46,619 nt of DNA from Candidatus Thiodiazotropha sp. (ex Ustalcina ferruginea) (GCA_025656375.1 JAHXHU010000228.1:1-46619); one strand, 5' to 3'; shown: positions 11,370 to 22,223, numbered from the stretch's first letter. Notes: generated from the sequence alone by a model not told the origin. Program-made: numbers and translations.

Positions 11370-12611
11370 ATGACTGCAAGAAGGGTTGTCGTTACTGGAT
11401 TAGGCATGGTAGCGCCTGTTGGACTGGATATTCCTACTTCGTGGGACAATATACTGGCCGGTAAAAGCGGTATCCAACCAATTACCCACTTCGATGTCGG
11501 AGCATTCACGACCCAGTTTGGTGGTCCGATCTACGGTTTCGAAATTACTGACTACATCCCGAAGAAAGAAGCCAAGAAGATGGATAAGTTTATCCATTAC
11601 GGCCTGGCAGCCGGTATTCAGGCGATCAAGGATGCGGGTTTGGAAGTGACTGATGACAATGCAGAGCACATCGGTGTCCTGATCGGTTCAGGTATTGGTG
11701 GTATCACCGGTATCGAAAACAGCTATCAATCCTACCTGGACGGTGGTCCGCGTAAGATTTCACCTTTTTTCGTACCCTCCAGCATTATCAATATGGTGTC
11801 CGGCAATCTCTCCATCATGTATGGATTGAAAGGGCCAAATTACTCTATTGTTTCTGCATGCAGCAGTGGCGCCCACAGTATAGCTGAGGCTGCGATGATG
11901 ATACGTCATGGTCGTACTGATGTGATGATTGCCGGTGGTGCTGAAATGGCGACATCACCTGTCGGTCTAGGTGGCTTTGCCGCTGCACGAGCCCTCTCTC
12001 GTCGTAATGATGATCCTCAGGCTGCCAGTCGTCCTTGGGACAAGGATCGTGACGGATTTGTGCTGAGTGACGGAGCCGGTGTGGTTGTGCTGGAAGAGTA
12101 TGAGCAGGCTAAGGCACGTGGTGCGAAAATCTATGCCGAGTTGGTTGGGATGGGTATGAATTCCGATGCCTATCATATGACAGCGCCGTTAGTCGACGGT
12201 TCTGGGGCTGCGAAGTGCATGGAGTTGGCGCTCCAGGATGGTGGTATCAATCTACAGGAGGTTGATTACATCAACGCCCATGGTACCTCTACCCCGGCTG
12301 GCGATGTGGCCGAAACAATGGCTGTAAAGCGTGCCTTCGGTGATCATGCCCATAAGCTGTGTGTCAGTTCGACTAAATCGATGACCGGTCATATGCTGGG
12401 TGCAGCGGGTGGTGCTGAGGCGGTGTTTACAATCCTGGCACTCTACAATCAAGTGGTACCCCCCACGATCAATCTGGAAAACCAGGATCCAGCGTGTGAT
12501 CTGGATTATGTACCCAATAGTGCAAGAGAAATGAAGCTGGATGTGGTGATATCCAACTCATTTGGTTTTGGCGGTACTAACGGAACACTTGCTTTTCGTC
12601 GGTTAACCTGA
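11370..12611 (+). CDS. fabF: Beta-ketoacyl-ACP synthase II
   Basis: [28 protein letters not shown] and [10 protein letters not shown]. Confidence 0.97.
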   Translation: MTARRVVVTGLGMVAPVGLDIPTSWDNILAGKSGIQPITHFDVGAFTTQFGGPIYGFEITDYIPKKEAKKMDKFIHYGLAAGIQAIKDAGLEVTDDNAEHIGVLIGSGIGGITGIENSYQSYLDGGPRKISPFFVPSSIINMVSGNLSIMYGLKGPNYSIVSACSSGAHSIAEAAMMIRHGRTDVMIAGGAEMATSPVGLGGFAAARALSRRNDDPQAASRPWDKDRDGFVLSDGAGVVVLEEYEQAKARGAKIYAELVGMGMNSDAYHMTAPLVDGSGAAKCMELALQDGGINLQEVDYINAHGTSTPAGDVAETMAVKRAFGDHAHKLCVSSTKSMTGHMLGAAGGAEAVFTILALYNQVVPPTINLENQDPACDLDYVPNSAREMKLDVVISNSFGFGGTNGTLAFRRLT

Positions 12612-12624
12612 CGCTGGATGCTCT

Positions 12625-13443
12625 TTGCTGATTAACGGCATTCCCGGTGATCAGGTTCCGCTCTCGGATCGTGGTCTGCAATATGGTGATGGCCTGTTTG
12701 AGACCCTCGCAGTCATTAATGGGCAGCCGAGATTGTGGCAGCGTCACATCGCGCGACTCTCTCGAGGAGAGCAGGTACTTGGTTTTCCTCCCTCCGACAA
12801 GCAGGTACTTAAACAGGAAGCGCACTCCCTGTGTGCCGGCCATGAGCGTGCTGTTTTAAAGATAATACTGACCCGCGGCAGTGGGGGCAGGGGTTACAGA
12901 CCCCCGGCATCAAGTCATCCACGACGCATTCTCACGCTTGATCCCTGGCCAGACTATCCTGATGAGTGGTACGCCAAAGGTATCCGCTTAGGTATCTGCC
13001 ATACCAGGGCCAGTTTAAACAGTCAGTTAGCTGGACTAAAGCACCTCAACCGTCTGGATCAGGTTTTGGCCCGTAGTGAGTGGCAGGATCCAACGATTGC
13101 TGAAAGCCTGATGTTGGATGACAGGGACAGGGTGATTTCCGGTACACAGTCAAATCTCTTCATGATTCAGGGTGAAACAATCCTGACACCGGATCTCAGT
13201 CAGGCGGGTATCGCTGGTGTTGTGAGAGAGTTGGTTATAGAACAGGCAAAGCAACTCTCTCTATCGCTACGAATCACCGATTTGGTACTTGATGAGTTGC
13301 AACAGGCCGATGCGCTGTTTGTGACCAATTCCCTGATGGGAATCTGTCCTGTGGCAATCCTGGATCAGCACCACTTTAACATTGAGAAGATTCCGCAAAG
13401 ATTACACCAGGCCGTTGATGAGATCCTCAGGTCAGCTCTTTGA
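12625..13443 (+). CDS. pabC: Aminodeoxychorismate lyase
   Basis: DRGLQYGDGLFET, RGSGGRGY and GLKHLNRLDQV; synteny; TTG start. Confidence 0.93.
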   Translation: MLINGIPGDQVPLSDRGLQYGDGLFETLAVINGQPRLWQRHIARLSRGEQVLGFPPSDKQVLKQEAHSLCAGHERAVLKIILTRGSGGRGYRPPASSHPRRILTLDPWPDYPDEWYAKGIRLGICHTRASLNSQLAGLKHLNRLDQVLARSEWQDPTIAESLMLDDRDRVISGTQSNLFMIQGETILTPDLSQAGIAGVVRELVIEQAKQLSLSLRITDLVLDELQQADALFVTNSLMGICPVAILDQHHFNIEKIPQRLHQAVDEILRSAL

Positions 13444-13548
13444 CCGGAATAAATCCATTCCATGAGCTGGCACTAGTGAGTCGATATCATCACCACTCTT
13501 TGACGTATGTACAGTTCATCCAGGTTATTTTTCCAGTAGAATGGCGCT

Positions 13549-14547
13549 ATGTTTAATCGTCTACTCGGTATCATGATACTTGCTGTCAGCATCCTCCTAG
13601 CCTGGGGGTGGATGGAGTATGATGGATTCATCAATAAACCGCTTACGCTACCACAAGAGGGGGTTAGCTACCTACTCCAACCAGGCATGACCATCAGGGG
13701 ATTAGCAGATGATCTTCAGCAACGGGAAATACTCGATAAACCCTTACTGTTGAGGTTTATGGCTCGCTGGAGTGGACAGGCCAGTAAGCTGAAGGCAGGC
13801 GAATATCATCTGCCTGAAGGGACGACACCTTCGATGCTGCTTGAGATCCTGTCCTCTTCACGGGTAGTACAACACGCTTTGACCATCATTGAAGGCTGGA
13901 CATTCAAGCAGATGATGGCTGCCGTTAGACGTAACCCATATCTGACCCATACCCTTGAAGATGTTGTGAATGAGCAAATTATGCAACACCTGGGATTGGA
14001 TGATCTACACCCGGAAGGGCGCTTCTATCCTGACACCTACCATTTTCCTCTCGGCACCACTGATGTGGACTTTCTGAGGCGAGCCTACCGTCGCATGGAG
14101 ACCACCTTGGCGCAGGCCTGGCAAAACCGGGAAAAAGAGCTTCCTTTGAAGAGCCCCTACGAGGCGCTCATTCTGGCCTCCATCATCGAGCGTGAAACTG
14201 GGATTCCTGAAGAACGCGGGAAGATCGCCGGGGTGTTTGTTCGACGCCTCAACCGCGGCATGCTCCTGCAAACCGATCCCACTGTGATCTATGGGATGGG
14301 TGATCGCTATAAAGGCAATATACGCAAGCGGGATTTGTCTCGCGACACGCCCTATAACACCTATGTCCGTAAAGGGCTGACACCTACACCCATTGCTATG
14401 CCGAGTGATGCTGCAATTTATGCGGCACTTCATCCGGAAGAGGGTAAGACACTCTATTTTGTTGCAACCGGAGATGGCGGACACGCCTTCTCTGCAACAT
14501 TGGAGGAACATAATAAGGCGGTACGCAAGTACCTGTTGAAGCGATGA
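13549..14547 (+). CDS. mltG: Endolytic transglycosylase MltG
   Basis: N-terminal TM, EGRFYPDTY, LASIIERET, LQTDPTVIYG and PYNTY. Confidence 0.96.
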   Translation: MFNRLLGIMILAVSILLAWGWMEYDGFINKPLTLPQEGVSYLLQPGMTIRGLADDLQQREILDKPLLLRFMARWSGQASKLKAGEYHLPEGTTPSMLLEILSSSRVVQHALTIIEGWTFKQMMAAVRRNPYLTHTLEDVVNEQIMQHLGLDDLHPEGRFYPDTYHFPLGTTDVDFLRRAYRRMETTLAQAWQNREKELPLKSPYEALILASIIERETGIPEERGKIAGVFVRRLNRGMLLQTDPTVIYGMGDRYKGNIRKRDLSRDTPYNTYVRKGLTPTPIAMPSDAAIYAALHPEEGKTLYFVATGDGGHAFSATLEEHNKAVRKYLLKR

Positions 14548-15197
14548 CAAAGATAAAAACCTCTGGAAGAGGATGCTTCATCACCGTCGAAGGTGGTGAA
14601 GGTGCGGGAAAAAGCAGTAACCTGGCATTTATACAGTCACTCCTGGAAGCAGCCGGCAAGCCGGTGCTGTTTACACGTGAACCCGGTGGAACACCACTCG
14701 GTGAAGCGATTCGTGAGCTGTTGCTGGGACACAAACATACCGGTATGGCAGATGACACGGAGTTGTTATTGATGTTTGCAGCACGTGCGGAACATCTGCA
14801 TCGTAAGATTCTGCCAGCGCTGGAGCAGGGTAAGTGGGTTCTTTGTGATCGTTTTACCGATGCCAGTTTTGCCTATCAGGGAGCTGGGCGGGGCATATCT
14901 CTAGAACGTATCGCTAGGCTACAACAGTTTGTACAGGGATCGTTACGTCCCGATCTGACACTATTGCTTGATCTACCTGTCGAGACAGGATTGGAGCGTG
15001 CTGGTAAGCGTTCAGATCCAGACCGTTTCGAAAGTGAAGCACACCTCTTTTTTGAGAAGGTCAGAACCGGATATTTACAAATCGCTGCCAGGGAGCCAGA
15101 TAGAGTACGGGTGATTGACGCCTCTCCAAGCTTACAGGTGGTGCAGGATCAGATTGCTGAAGTCATTCAGGGCTATCTGGATAATCTCAATGGATGA
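14544..15197 (+). CDS. tmk: Thymidylate kinase
   Basis: EGGEGAGKS, TREPGGT and CDRFTDASFAYQG. Confidence 0.97.
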   Translation: MTKIKTSGRGCFITVEGGEGAGKSSNLAFIQSLLEAAGKPVLFTREPGGTPLGEAIRELLLGHKHTGMADDTELLLMFAARAEHLHRKILPALEQGKWVLCDRFTDASFAYQGAGRGISLERIARLQQFVQGSLRPDLTLLLDLPVETGLERAGKRSDPDRFESEAHLFFEKVRTGYLQIAAREPDRVRVIDASPSLQVVQDQIAEVIQGYLDNLNG

Positions 15198-16194
15198 GTC
15201 AGGTTACCATCCTCTGCCTTGGCAGATGGAACAGTGGCATTACCTGCAACAGGCCAGCACGCAGGGACGACTGCCACATGCCTTACTGCTTTCAGGACCT
15301 CCCGGGTTAGGAAAAGAGCAGTTCGCACTCAGTTTTGCACAATCCTGCCTGTGTCCTGATAAGGATAAAGCAGGGTATCCCTGCGGTATTTGTCGGCACT
15401 GCCAGTTGATGAGCAGTTTTAATCACCCCGATTTCCAGTGGCTCAGACCGGACGAGGGGAGTAAAAGTGGAGAGATCAAGGTTGAAGCTATCCGCAGCCT
15501 TACCGCAGGGGCTTCATTAACCTCCTATTCGGGTGGTAGCAAAGTCATTATCATCCAGCCGGCTCATCGTATGAATAATGCTGCTGCCAATAGCCTGCTA
15601 AAGACCTTGGAAGAGCCTACACCAGGGACAGTGATTCTACTGTTGACCGATCAGCCCACAAGATTGCTTCCCACCATCAGAAGCCGCTGTCAGAAAGTGA
15701 TATTTCACTCCCCTGACAAGCAGCAATCGATCTCCTGGTTGGCCGAAAAGGTTGCTCATGCCGAACCCGGGATATTGCTCTCGCTTGCCAACGGCGCTCC
15801 ACTGAAGGCACTGAAGTTGGATAGCGCTGAGTTACTGCAGACCCGTGAGGAGATGTTGAGTGGCTTTCTGGGTCTTGGTGGAGAAAATCGGGATCCGGTC
15901 AGTCTGGCTCGACAGTGGACCTCCTTTGACAGGGGATTGCTGCTTGAATGGCTGGCGGGTTGGGTGATTGATCTCATACGTCTGAAGGAGGGCGGGAATT
16001 CCGTACTACTCTTCAATCAGGATCATTCTCAAGCTTTGCAGAATACGGCCGACAAGTTAAACTCTAGCGTATTGCAGGGCTATCTGCTCCAGGTTTATCA
16101 GGCAAAGGGTTTGCTGGACAGTAATTTGAACCCGCAACTAACGCTGGAAAAACTACTTATCGATTGGCATACCTGTTTCGTACAGGCGGCATAG
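15190..16194 (+). CDS. holB: DNA polymerase III delta-prime subunit
   Basis: HALLLSGPPGLGK, CGICRHC, HPDF, NSLLKTLEEP and TIRSRCQ. ATG 15190 preferred over the track start at 15115. Confidence 0.95.
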   Translation: MDESGYHPLPWQMEQWHYLQQASTQGRLPHALLLSGPPGLGKEQFALSFAQSCLCPDKDKAGYPCGICRHCQLMSSFNHPDFQWLRPDEGSKSGEIKVEAIRSLTAGASLTSYSGGSKVIIIQPAHRMNNAAANSLLKTLEEPTPGTVILLLTDQPTRLLPTIRSRCQKVIFHSPDKQQSISWLAEKVAHAEPGILLSLANGAPLKALKLDSAELLQTREEMLSGFLGLGGENRDPVSLARQWTSFDRGLLLEWLAGWVIDLIRLKEGGNSVLLFNQDHSQALQNTADKLNSSVLQGYLLQVYQAKGLLDSNLNPQLTLEKLLIDWHTCFVQAA

Positions 16195-16213
16195 ATAGAA
16201 GATTAGGTATTGT

Positions 16214-16561
16214 ATGGCTGGTGGACCCAAACAAGGTATTCTTTCGCTTACCATCAAGGATAAAAACGCCTTGTATGCGGCCTACATGCAGTTTGTCGAA
16301 TTTGCTGGGCTGTTTATACCCACGACTAAGCAGTATCGACTCGGTGATGAAGTCTTTATGTTATTGACACTGATGGATGAAGCTGAGCGCTTGCCAGTGG
16401 CCGGAAAAATCATCTGGATCACGCCTGCGGGAGCTGAAGGGAACAGGGCAGCGGGTATTGGTGTACAGTTCAGCGATCAAGACGGTGGTGCTGCAAGAAA
16501 CAAGATCGAGACCTATCTTGCCGGCGCATTGAAATTAGACCGTCCTACACATACCCTCTAG
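16214..16561 (+). CDS. pilZ: Type IV pilus assembly protein PilZ
   Basis: GILSLTIKDKNALYAAYM...GIGVQF...PTHTL; canonical position after holB. Confidence 0.93.
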   Translation: MAGGPKQGILSLTIKDKNALYAAYMQFVEFAGLFIPTTKQYRLGDEVFMLLTLMDEAERLPVAGKIIWITPAGAEGNRAAGIGVQFSDQDGGAARNKIETYLAGALKLDRPTHTL

Positions 16562-16708
16562 TGTAGAACGCCAGCTATTACCTGAATCTGTGGATTATTG
16601 GTGATGAACTGCATCTGCCAGATATATGTTTATGGATCCTGAATCCTAACAGGCAGTGACAACTAGACGCTTCCAATCCTCTATGGCTAAAGAAAATAGG
16701 CGTTGAGC

Positions 16709-17488
16709 ATGCTAGTCGATTCCCACTGCCATCTTGATCGTGTCTCCCTTGAGCCATTTGGAGGAGACTTCGCGAACTTTGTGACCAGCACTCTTGATCG
16801 TGGTATCAGCCACATGCTGTGCGTCTCCATTGATCTGGAATCCTGGCCTGCGATGGTGGCTCTGGTAGCAGATTTTCCACAGATTTCGATATCGGTTGGT
16901 GTACATCCCAATGATAAAGAGCGTCGTGAACCCTCTGCGGAAGAACTGCTGGAGTTATCCCATACCCATAAGGTTGTTGCAATCGGCGAGACAGGTCTCG
17001 ACTATTTTCATGGAGCGGGTGACCTCGCTTGGCAACGCGAACGATTTCGCCAACATATTCATGCTGCAAAAGCTGCCGAAAAACCACTGATTATCCATAC
17101 CAGGGATGCCAAGGCAGATACCCTCCGCATCATGCAAGAGGAGGGGGCCGATGAGATAGGCGGTGTGATGCACTGCTTTACAGAAGATTGGCCGATGGCA
17201 GAGCAGGCCCTGGAGATGGGCTTCTATGTGTCGTTTTCCGGCATTATAACATTCAAGAATGCCGCGGAGTTACGGGAAGTGGTAAAGCGGGTGCCAATGG
17301 ATCGGTTGCTGATAGAGACCGACTCTCCCTATTTGACACCGGTACCTCACCGAGGTAAACCCAATCAACCCATGTATGTACAACATGTTGCGGAATGTAT
17401 GGCACAGCTGAAAGACCAAGCGCTCGAAGCCATAGCAGATCAGACAACTACCAATTTCTACCAGTGCTTTCCACTGGCTAAAAAATGA
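16709..17488 (+). CDS. ycfH: TatD-family hydrolase (YcfH type)
   Basis: DSHCHLD, GVHP, IGETGLDY, IIHTR, HCFT and ETDSPYL. Start is ATG 16709 or TTG 16703. Confidence 0.93.
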   Translation: MLVDSHCHLDRVSLEPFGGDFANFVTSTLDRGISHMLCVSIDLESWPAMVALVADFPQISISVGVHPNDKERREPSAEELLELSHTHKVVAIGETGLDYFHGAGDLAWQRERFRQHIHAAKAAEKPLIIHTRDAKADTLRIMQEEGADEIGGVMHCFTEDWPMAEQALEMGFYVSFSGIITFKNAAELREVVKRVPMDRLLIETDSPYLTPVPHRGKPNQPMYVQHVAECMAQLKDQALEAIADQTTTNFYQCFPLAKK

Positions 17489-17513
17489 ACGTAATTAAGG
17501 TCGACGGCAAATT

Positions 17514-18845
17514 ATGAAAAAAATAGTGTTAATGCTGTTATTCAGCTGTTTCTCTTCTGTTCTACTAGGACAACAACAGATATCGATGCCTGTTTCGGTT
17601 GATCGCGCCCCACAGACAAGTGGTGGTCGTTTTTATCTACAGCAACAGGGAGGAACAGTTGGCTTACAGGGAAATGTAATATCAGAAACACACGACACGT
17701 CACAATCTCAGGATGTCATGATTTCGACAAACGGTGGCGTTGAAGTCACTAGCAGTGATGGTGAATTTTCATTTCAATTTGGCGGTAGGGTTCTCATTGA
17801 TGCAGCTGTCTATAGTGAGGACAAAAACACCCTGGGTAACGGCTCAGAGCTGCGTGATATCCGATTGGATATAGAAGGGCGGTTTTATGCTGATTTTATC
17901 TATGAATTGAGTATCGATTTTTCTGATGGAGAAGCGGATATCAAGGATGCCTGGCTTGCTTACGATGCCAACTATCCATGGCGTTACACCATCGGCCATT
18001 TTAAGGAGCCCTTCAGCCTGGAGGAGATGACCGGTAAAAAGTATCTGACCTTCATGGAACGAGCATTACCCAATGCCATGGTGCCTGGGCGGAGTCTGGG
18101 GTTTGGTATGAGCTGGGTAGGCGGGCAGACCACCTTCACTGCAGGATTATTCGGTGATGATTATAATGATGATGCGGATGATGCGGATGATGCGGATGAT
18201 GAAGGTGATGAAGGGTGGGGAGCTACAGGTCGTTTGACTTATGCACCCTTGGCCGATGAGCGATCGGCGTTACACCTGGGATTGGCCGCAAGCTATAGAA
18301 AATTAGATGATGAGCAGGAATTTCGTTTTGATTCACGTCCTGAATCCCATCTAACCGATATCCGTTATCTGGATACCGGAAAACTAAACATGAGCGATTC
18401 CTTAACCCTGTTTGGTTTAGAAGGGGCGTGGGTATCGGGGTCACTTTCATTCCAAGGTGAATGGATCCAGGCAATTTTAAAGCGTGACGAGCATGATAAT
18501 CCAAGATTCAGTGGTTGGTACCTTCTGGGGAGTTGGTTTTTGACGGGTGAGAGCCGCCAATATAAACAGAGATCGGGCCGATTTGGGCGCGTTAGACCGC
18601 TCAATGACTATGGTGCTGTTGAGTTGGCAGCTCGTTACAGCACAATGGATCTTAATGATGCTGGGATTGAGGGTGGAACGAGTGACAATATCACCTTAGG
18701 CGTCAATTGGTATCTCAATCCTCAAATTCGATTAATGGCGAACTGCATAATTGTGGAGAACGATATTTTTGCTGATGCAGATGGCGATGTGATGGGTGAG
18801 GATGAGCCGGCTTTAATTCAGTTTAGGGCTCAGGCAGATTTCTGA
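17514..18845 (+). CDS. OprO/OprP-family (phosphate-selective type) porin
   Basis: Signal peptide, FGGRVLIDA, IKDAW, GHFKEPFSLEE, FMERALPN, WFLTGESR.Y, ELAARYS, LGVNWYLN and C-terminal Phe. Confidence 0.9.
   Translation: MKKIVLMLLFSCFSSVLLGQQQISMPVSVDRAPQTSGGRFYLQQQGGTVGLQGNVISETHDTSQSQDVMISTNGGVEVTSSDGEFSFQFGGRVLIDAAVYSEDKNTLGNGSELRDIRLDIEGRFYADFIYELSIDFSDGEADIKDAWLAYDANYPWRYTIGHFKEPFSLEEMTGKKYLTFMERALPNAMVPGRSLGFGMSWVGGQTTFTAGLFGDDYNDDADDADDADDEGDEGWGATGRLTYAPLADERSALHLGLAASYRKLDDEQEFRFDSRPESHLTDIRYLDTGKLNMSDSLTLFGLEGAWVSGSLSFQGEWIQAILKRDEHDNPRFSGWYLLGSWFLTGESRQYKQRSGRFGRVRPLNDYGAVELAARYSTMDLNDAGIEGGTSDNITLGVNWYLNPQIRLMANCIIVENDIFADADGDVMGEDEPALIQFRAQADF
18168..18200 (+). repeat. In-frame 9-bp tandem repeat (GATGATGCG)x3 plus GATGAT
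   Basis: Encodes DDADDADDADD within the porin. Confidence 0.85.
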
Positions 18846-19775
18846 ATGAGGAGTGGGTTATTGAGCAAAGGGATGCTCCTGCTGCTTATTCTTGGGTGCT
18901 CTTTAGCGGCATTGCAAGCCCATGCAAGTTCAAATGATCCCCAAACCCTTGTGATAGGGAAAATCAGCCATAATCCGAGAAAACACTATCAATACCTTAA
19001 GCCTATGGTGAAGTATGCAGTCGAGAGAATGCAGGATTTAGGTATTAGAAAGGGTAAGATCCTGATGGCCAGGAGTAAGGAGCAGCTGGCCGATATGGTA
19101 CGTAGAGGTGAAGTGGATTGGGTGACCGAAACACCCATTGCCGCCGCATATTTACGCGAAAAAAGTGGCGCTGAAATATTGCTGCGTAAATGGAAAAAGG
19201 GTGTTCCTGAGTACCATTCCGTTTTTTTCTCATTAAAACAGTCAAACATTAATAAGTTGGAGGATCTCAGAGGAAAGGTTATCGCACTTGAGGATCCTGC
19301 CTCTACATCAGCCTTTTACCTACCCGTCAATGCCATGTTAGAAAAGGGATTGAGGTTAATTAAACTGAGAAGTGTCAGAGAAAAACCACCAGCCGATAGG
19401 GTCGGTTTTGTTTTTGCGAGGGAAGAGATCAATATTGCAACTCTGGTAGATAAGGGTCTTGCTGACGCAGGCGCTTTTAGTAACCTGGATTGGGGCAAGG
19501 AGGACCATCTCCCCTCAAAATATCGTAATAATATTTCTATCTTTAAGCGTACTCCCCCAATAATACGTGCAGTTGAAATGGTGCGCCAAGATATTGATCC
19601 AGCCATTCGTGAGCGTCTTGAGAAAATTCTATTACACGCTGGCAATGACCCACATGCGGTATCTGTCTTACATGCCTATCAGCAAACAAAAAAATTCGAC
19701 AAACTAAGCAGAGATCAAATAGATTCGATATATAACCTGCGCCATATAATGGACGTAGTTGATCAAGCGCTTTAG
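18846..19775 (+). CDS. PhnD/phosphonate-binding family periplasmic solute-binding protein, with no ABC partners nearby
   Basis: Signal peptide ending AHA, YHSVFF, LEDLRGKVIA.EDPASTSAFYLP (STS oxyanion-binding motif) and ADAGA. Confidence 0.85.
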   Translation: MRSGLLSKGMLLLLILGCSLAALQAHASSNDPQTLVIGKISHNPRKHYQYLKPMVKYAVERMQDLGIRKGKILMARSKEQLADMVRRGEVDWVTETPIAAAYLREKSGAEILLRKWKKGVPEYHSVFFSLKQSNINKLEDLRGKVIALEDPASTSAFYLPVNAMLEKGLRLIKLRSVREKPPADRVGFVFAREEINIATLVDKGLADAGAFSNLDWGKEDHLPSKYRNNISIFKRTPPIIRAVEMVRQDIDPAIRERLEKILLHAGNDPHAVSVLHAYQQTKKFDKLSRDQIDSIYNLRHIMDVVDQAL

Positions 19776-19781
19776 CCTGGC

Positions 19782-22223
19782 ATGACTAAGAATCTACAGT
19801 TTCGTTATACAGTTGCCATCGGAGGCGGCATTGTATTTGTGGCTGTTATTCTCGCGGCAATGTTTTTCTTTCAATCACGTGATCTCTTTACGACCATCAA
19901 GAACACCAGTACTAGCACCATGAGTGAAGCACTGCATGGTGAAGCAACCAAGCGTCTTCGAACCTTAAGCACGATTTTCAGCCAGGATCTGGCTAATCCG
20001 CTTTATGATTATGATATGCTGGCCATTTTGCAATTGTTGCAGAGCATTGCCCAACTGGATGATATACACCATGTCATGGTGATCGATCCTGAAGGTGTGA
20101 TTATTCATGATGGGACAGAGGTGTTGGGTGAATACGGTACAGATCTTGAAAATCCAGAGATCCTTGGCTGGATATCAAAGGAAAACACGTCTCTGATACT
20201 GGAGTCACAGAGTGCCATGGAGATTATCTCTCCCATATTTATTGCTGATGAGCTATTGGGATGGGTGAGAGTGGGTCTATCCAGAAGGGATCAGTTGATC
20301 GATACGGTGAAAATGACAGATCGCTTGACCAATCTGATATCGGAGTTTGAACAGCAGGGACGATATCTAACTATTCTCGTTACCCTTTTTTTACTTATTC
20401 TCGGTTTGTTGTTGGCCGCTTTAATATCCAGACGGCTGGTGTCTCCTATCCGTCAGTTATCAGAGTATGTGATTCGTGTTGGTCAGGGAGATTACGGTAT
20501 CGAGTTGCCAAAAACCCGGCAAGACGAACTCGGACAATTGATCCATGCCTTCAATCGTATGAGCAGAGATCTTTCCAGTACGACAGTGTCGCGTCAATAC
20601 TTGAATGATATTCTCAATAACATGCGGGATGCATTGATTGTCATCTCCGAGCAGGGAGAGATCCTGATGGTTAACGCGGCAGCTTCAGAGATGTTGGGCT
20701 ACGCCAGGGATAAGTTGGAAAATATATCTTATCTTGAATTGATTGATAGTAGGGATGGCGGCCGTGTAAAAAAATGGCTAACGCTGGTCATGGAAGAAGA
20801 GGCAGACAGTATGGATGCTAGATATTTAACATCTGATGGCCAACAGATACTTGTCTCACTATCAGGTGCCTATCTAAAAATCAAGGGCATGCCTAAACAG
20901 ATCATATGTGTTGCAGAGGATGTCAGTGAACGTCGAAGAAATGAAGAACATATTCGATATCTTGCACAATATGACGACCTTACCAATTTACCGAATCGAC
21001 AGCTATTTCGCGACCGTCTTAAACATGCAATGGAACAAGCTGAGCGAGGTGAGTACCTGATCGCATTAATGTTTATCGATCTTGACCAGTTTAAGAAGGT
21101 TAACGATAGTCTTGGGCATCTGGCAGGTGATCGTCTACTGAAAGAGGCAGCCTTGAGGCTTAAAAAGATGCTTCGCCTAGGTGATACTGTTGCACGATTG
21201 GGTGGCGATGAATTCACTGTAATCGCGGAGCAGATTAAGTCGATTCACGATGGTATTTATATTGCGAAAACCATTATTGAGACTATTAAAGAACCATTCG
21301 AGATAGAGGGGAGAAAGCTCTATATCGGCTGTAGTATCGGAATAGTTTTCTATCCATTTGCTAAAGATGATCTTGGTAGTTTGGTGCAAAAGGCGGATAT
21401 GGCCATGTATCAGGCAAAAAGAAGCGGTCGTGGTCAATATTGTGTCTATAGTCATCATTTAGGTGCAAATGAAGATGGAGTTTTACAGCTTGAAAATGAG
21501 TTGGTTGAGGCACTGAATTCAAAAAGTTTTCACCTGCTCTATCAACCGGTAGTTGATATTACATCGGGCATTCCGACCTCAATGGAAGCATTGTTACGTT
21601 GGGATAATCCCCGTCGTGGTACATTGGAACCTTCAGAATTCCTCCCATTTCTGGAAAACTCTGGCCTGATCATTGAATTGGGGGATTGGATACTGGAGAA
21701 GGCTTGTCTGGACATGCTCTCCAATGACCATTCAACCGATCAACCATTGCGTTTGAATGTCAATGTTTCCATTCATCAATTCAATCAAGGTGATTTTTCC
21801 AGTCGAGTAGAATCTATCTTGACGAAAACAGGTTTCGATCCTTGTCGACTTGAATTGGAAATTACTGAGAGCAGTCTAGTTGACGATATTGAATTGAGTA
21901 GAAATGTTGTGCGAAGCCTGAAAAAACTGGGCGTTCGCATTGCTGTAGATGATTTCGGCACTGGTTATTCCACATTTACCTATCTCCGGGATTTTGATAT
22001 TGATAGTCTCAAACTGGACTATAGCTTTATCAAGGACCTTCCTGCTGATAGCTATGCCATTGGTATATGCACGGCGCTGATTGCAATGGCCAGAGTCATG
22101 AATCTGAATGTAGTCGCGGAAGGTGTTGAACGAATGGAACAGCTGCAGTGGCTTAAGCAGGCGGGTGTTCAAGAATATCAGGGATATTACTTCAGCGGGC
22201 CGACTTCTTTAGATGGTTTTTAA
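19782..22223 (+). CDS. Membrane-bound HAMP-PAS-GGDEF-EAL protein
   Basis: Two TM segments around a periplasmic domain, HAMP (DELGQLIHAFNRM), PAS, DDLTNLPNR, RLGD-x5-GGDEF, EALLRW, ELEITE, DDFGTGYS, AEGVE and QGY. Confidence 0.95.
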   Translation: MTKNLQFRYTVAIGGGIVFVAVILAAMFFFQSRDLFTTIKNTSTSTMSEALHGEATKRLRTLSTIFSQDLANPLYDYDMLAILQLLQSIAQLDDIHHVMVIDPEGVIIHDGTEVLGEYGTDLENPEILGWISKENTSLILESQSAMEIISPIFIADELLGWVRVGLSRRDQLIDTVKMTDRLTNLISEFEQQGRYLTILVTLFLLILGLLLAALISRRLVSPIRQLSEYVIRVGQGDYGIELPKTRQDELGQLIHAFNRMSRDLSSTTVSRQYLNDILNNMRDALIVISEQGEILMVNAAASEMLGYARDKLENISYLELIDSRDGGRVKKWLTLVMEEEADSMDARYLTSDGQQILVSLSGAYLKIKGMPKQIICVAEDVSERRRNEEHIRYLAQYDDLTNLPNRQLFRDRLKHAMEQAERGEYLIALMFIDLDQFKKVNDSLGHLAGDRLLKEAALRLKKMLRLGDTVARLGGDEFTVIAEQIKSIHDGIYIAKTIIETIKEPFEIEGRKLYIGCSIGIVFYPFAKDDLGSLVQKADMAMYQAKRSGRGQYCVYSHHLGANEDGVLQLENELVEALNSKSFHLLYQPVVDITSGIPTSMEALLRWDNPRRGTLEPSEFLPFLENSGLIIELGDWILEKACLDMLSNDHSTDQPLRLNVNVSIHQFNQGDFSSRVESILTKTGFDPCRLELEITESSLVDDIELSRNVVRSLKKLGVRIAVDDFGTGYSTFTYLRDFDIDSLKLDYSFIKDLPADSYAIGICTALIAMARVMNLNVVAEGVERMEQLQWLKQAGVQEYQGYYFSGPTSLDGF

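Noticed and set aside
14005-14550. 181-aa antisense ORF
   Set aside because: Shadow of mltG with no independent motifs.
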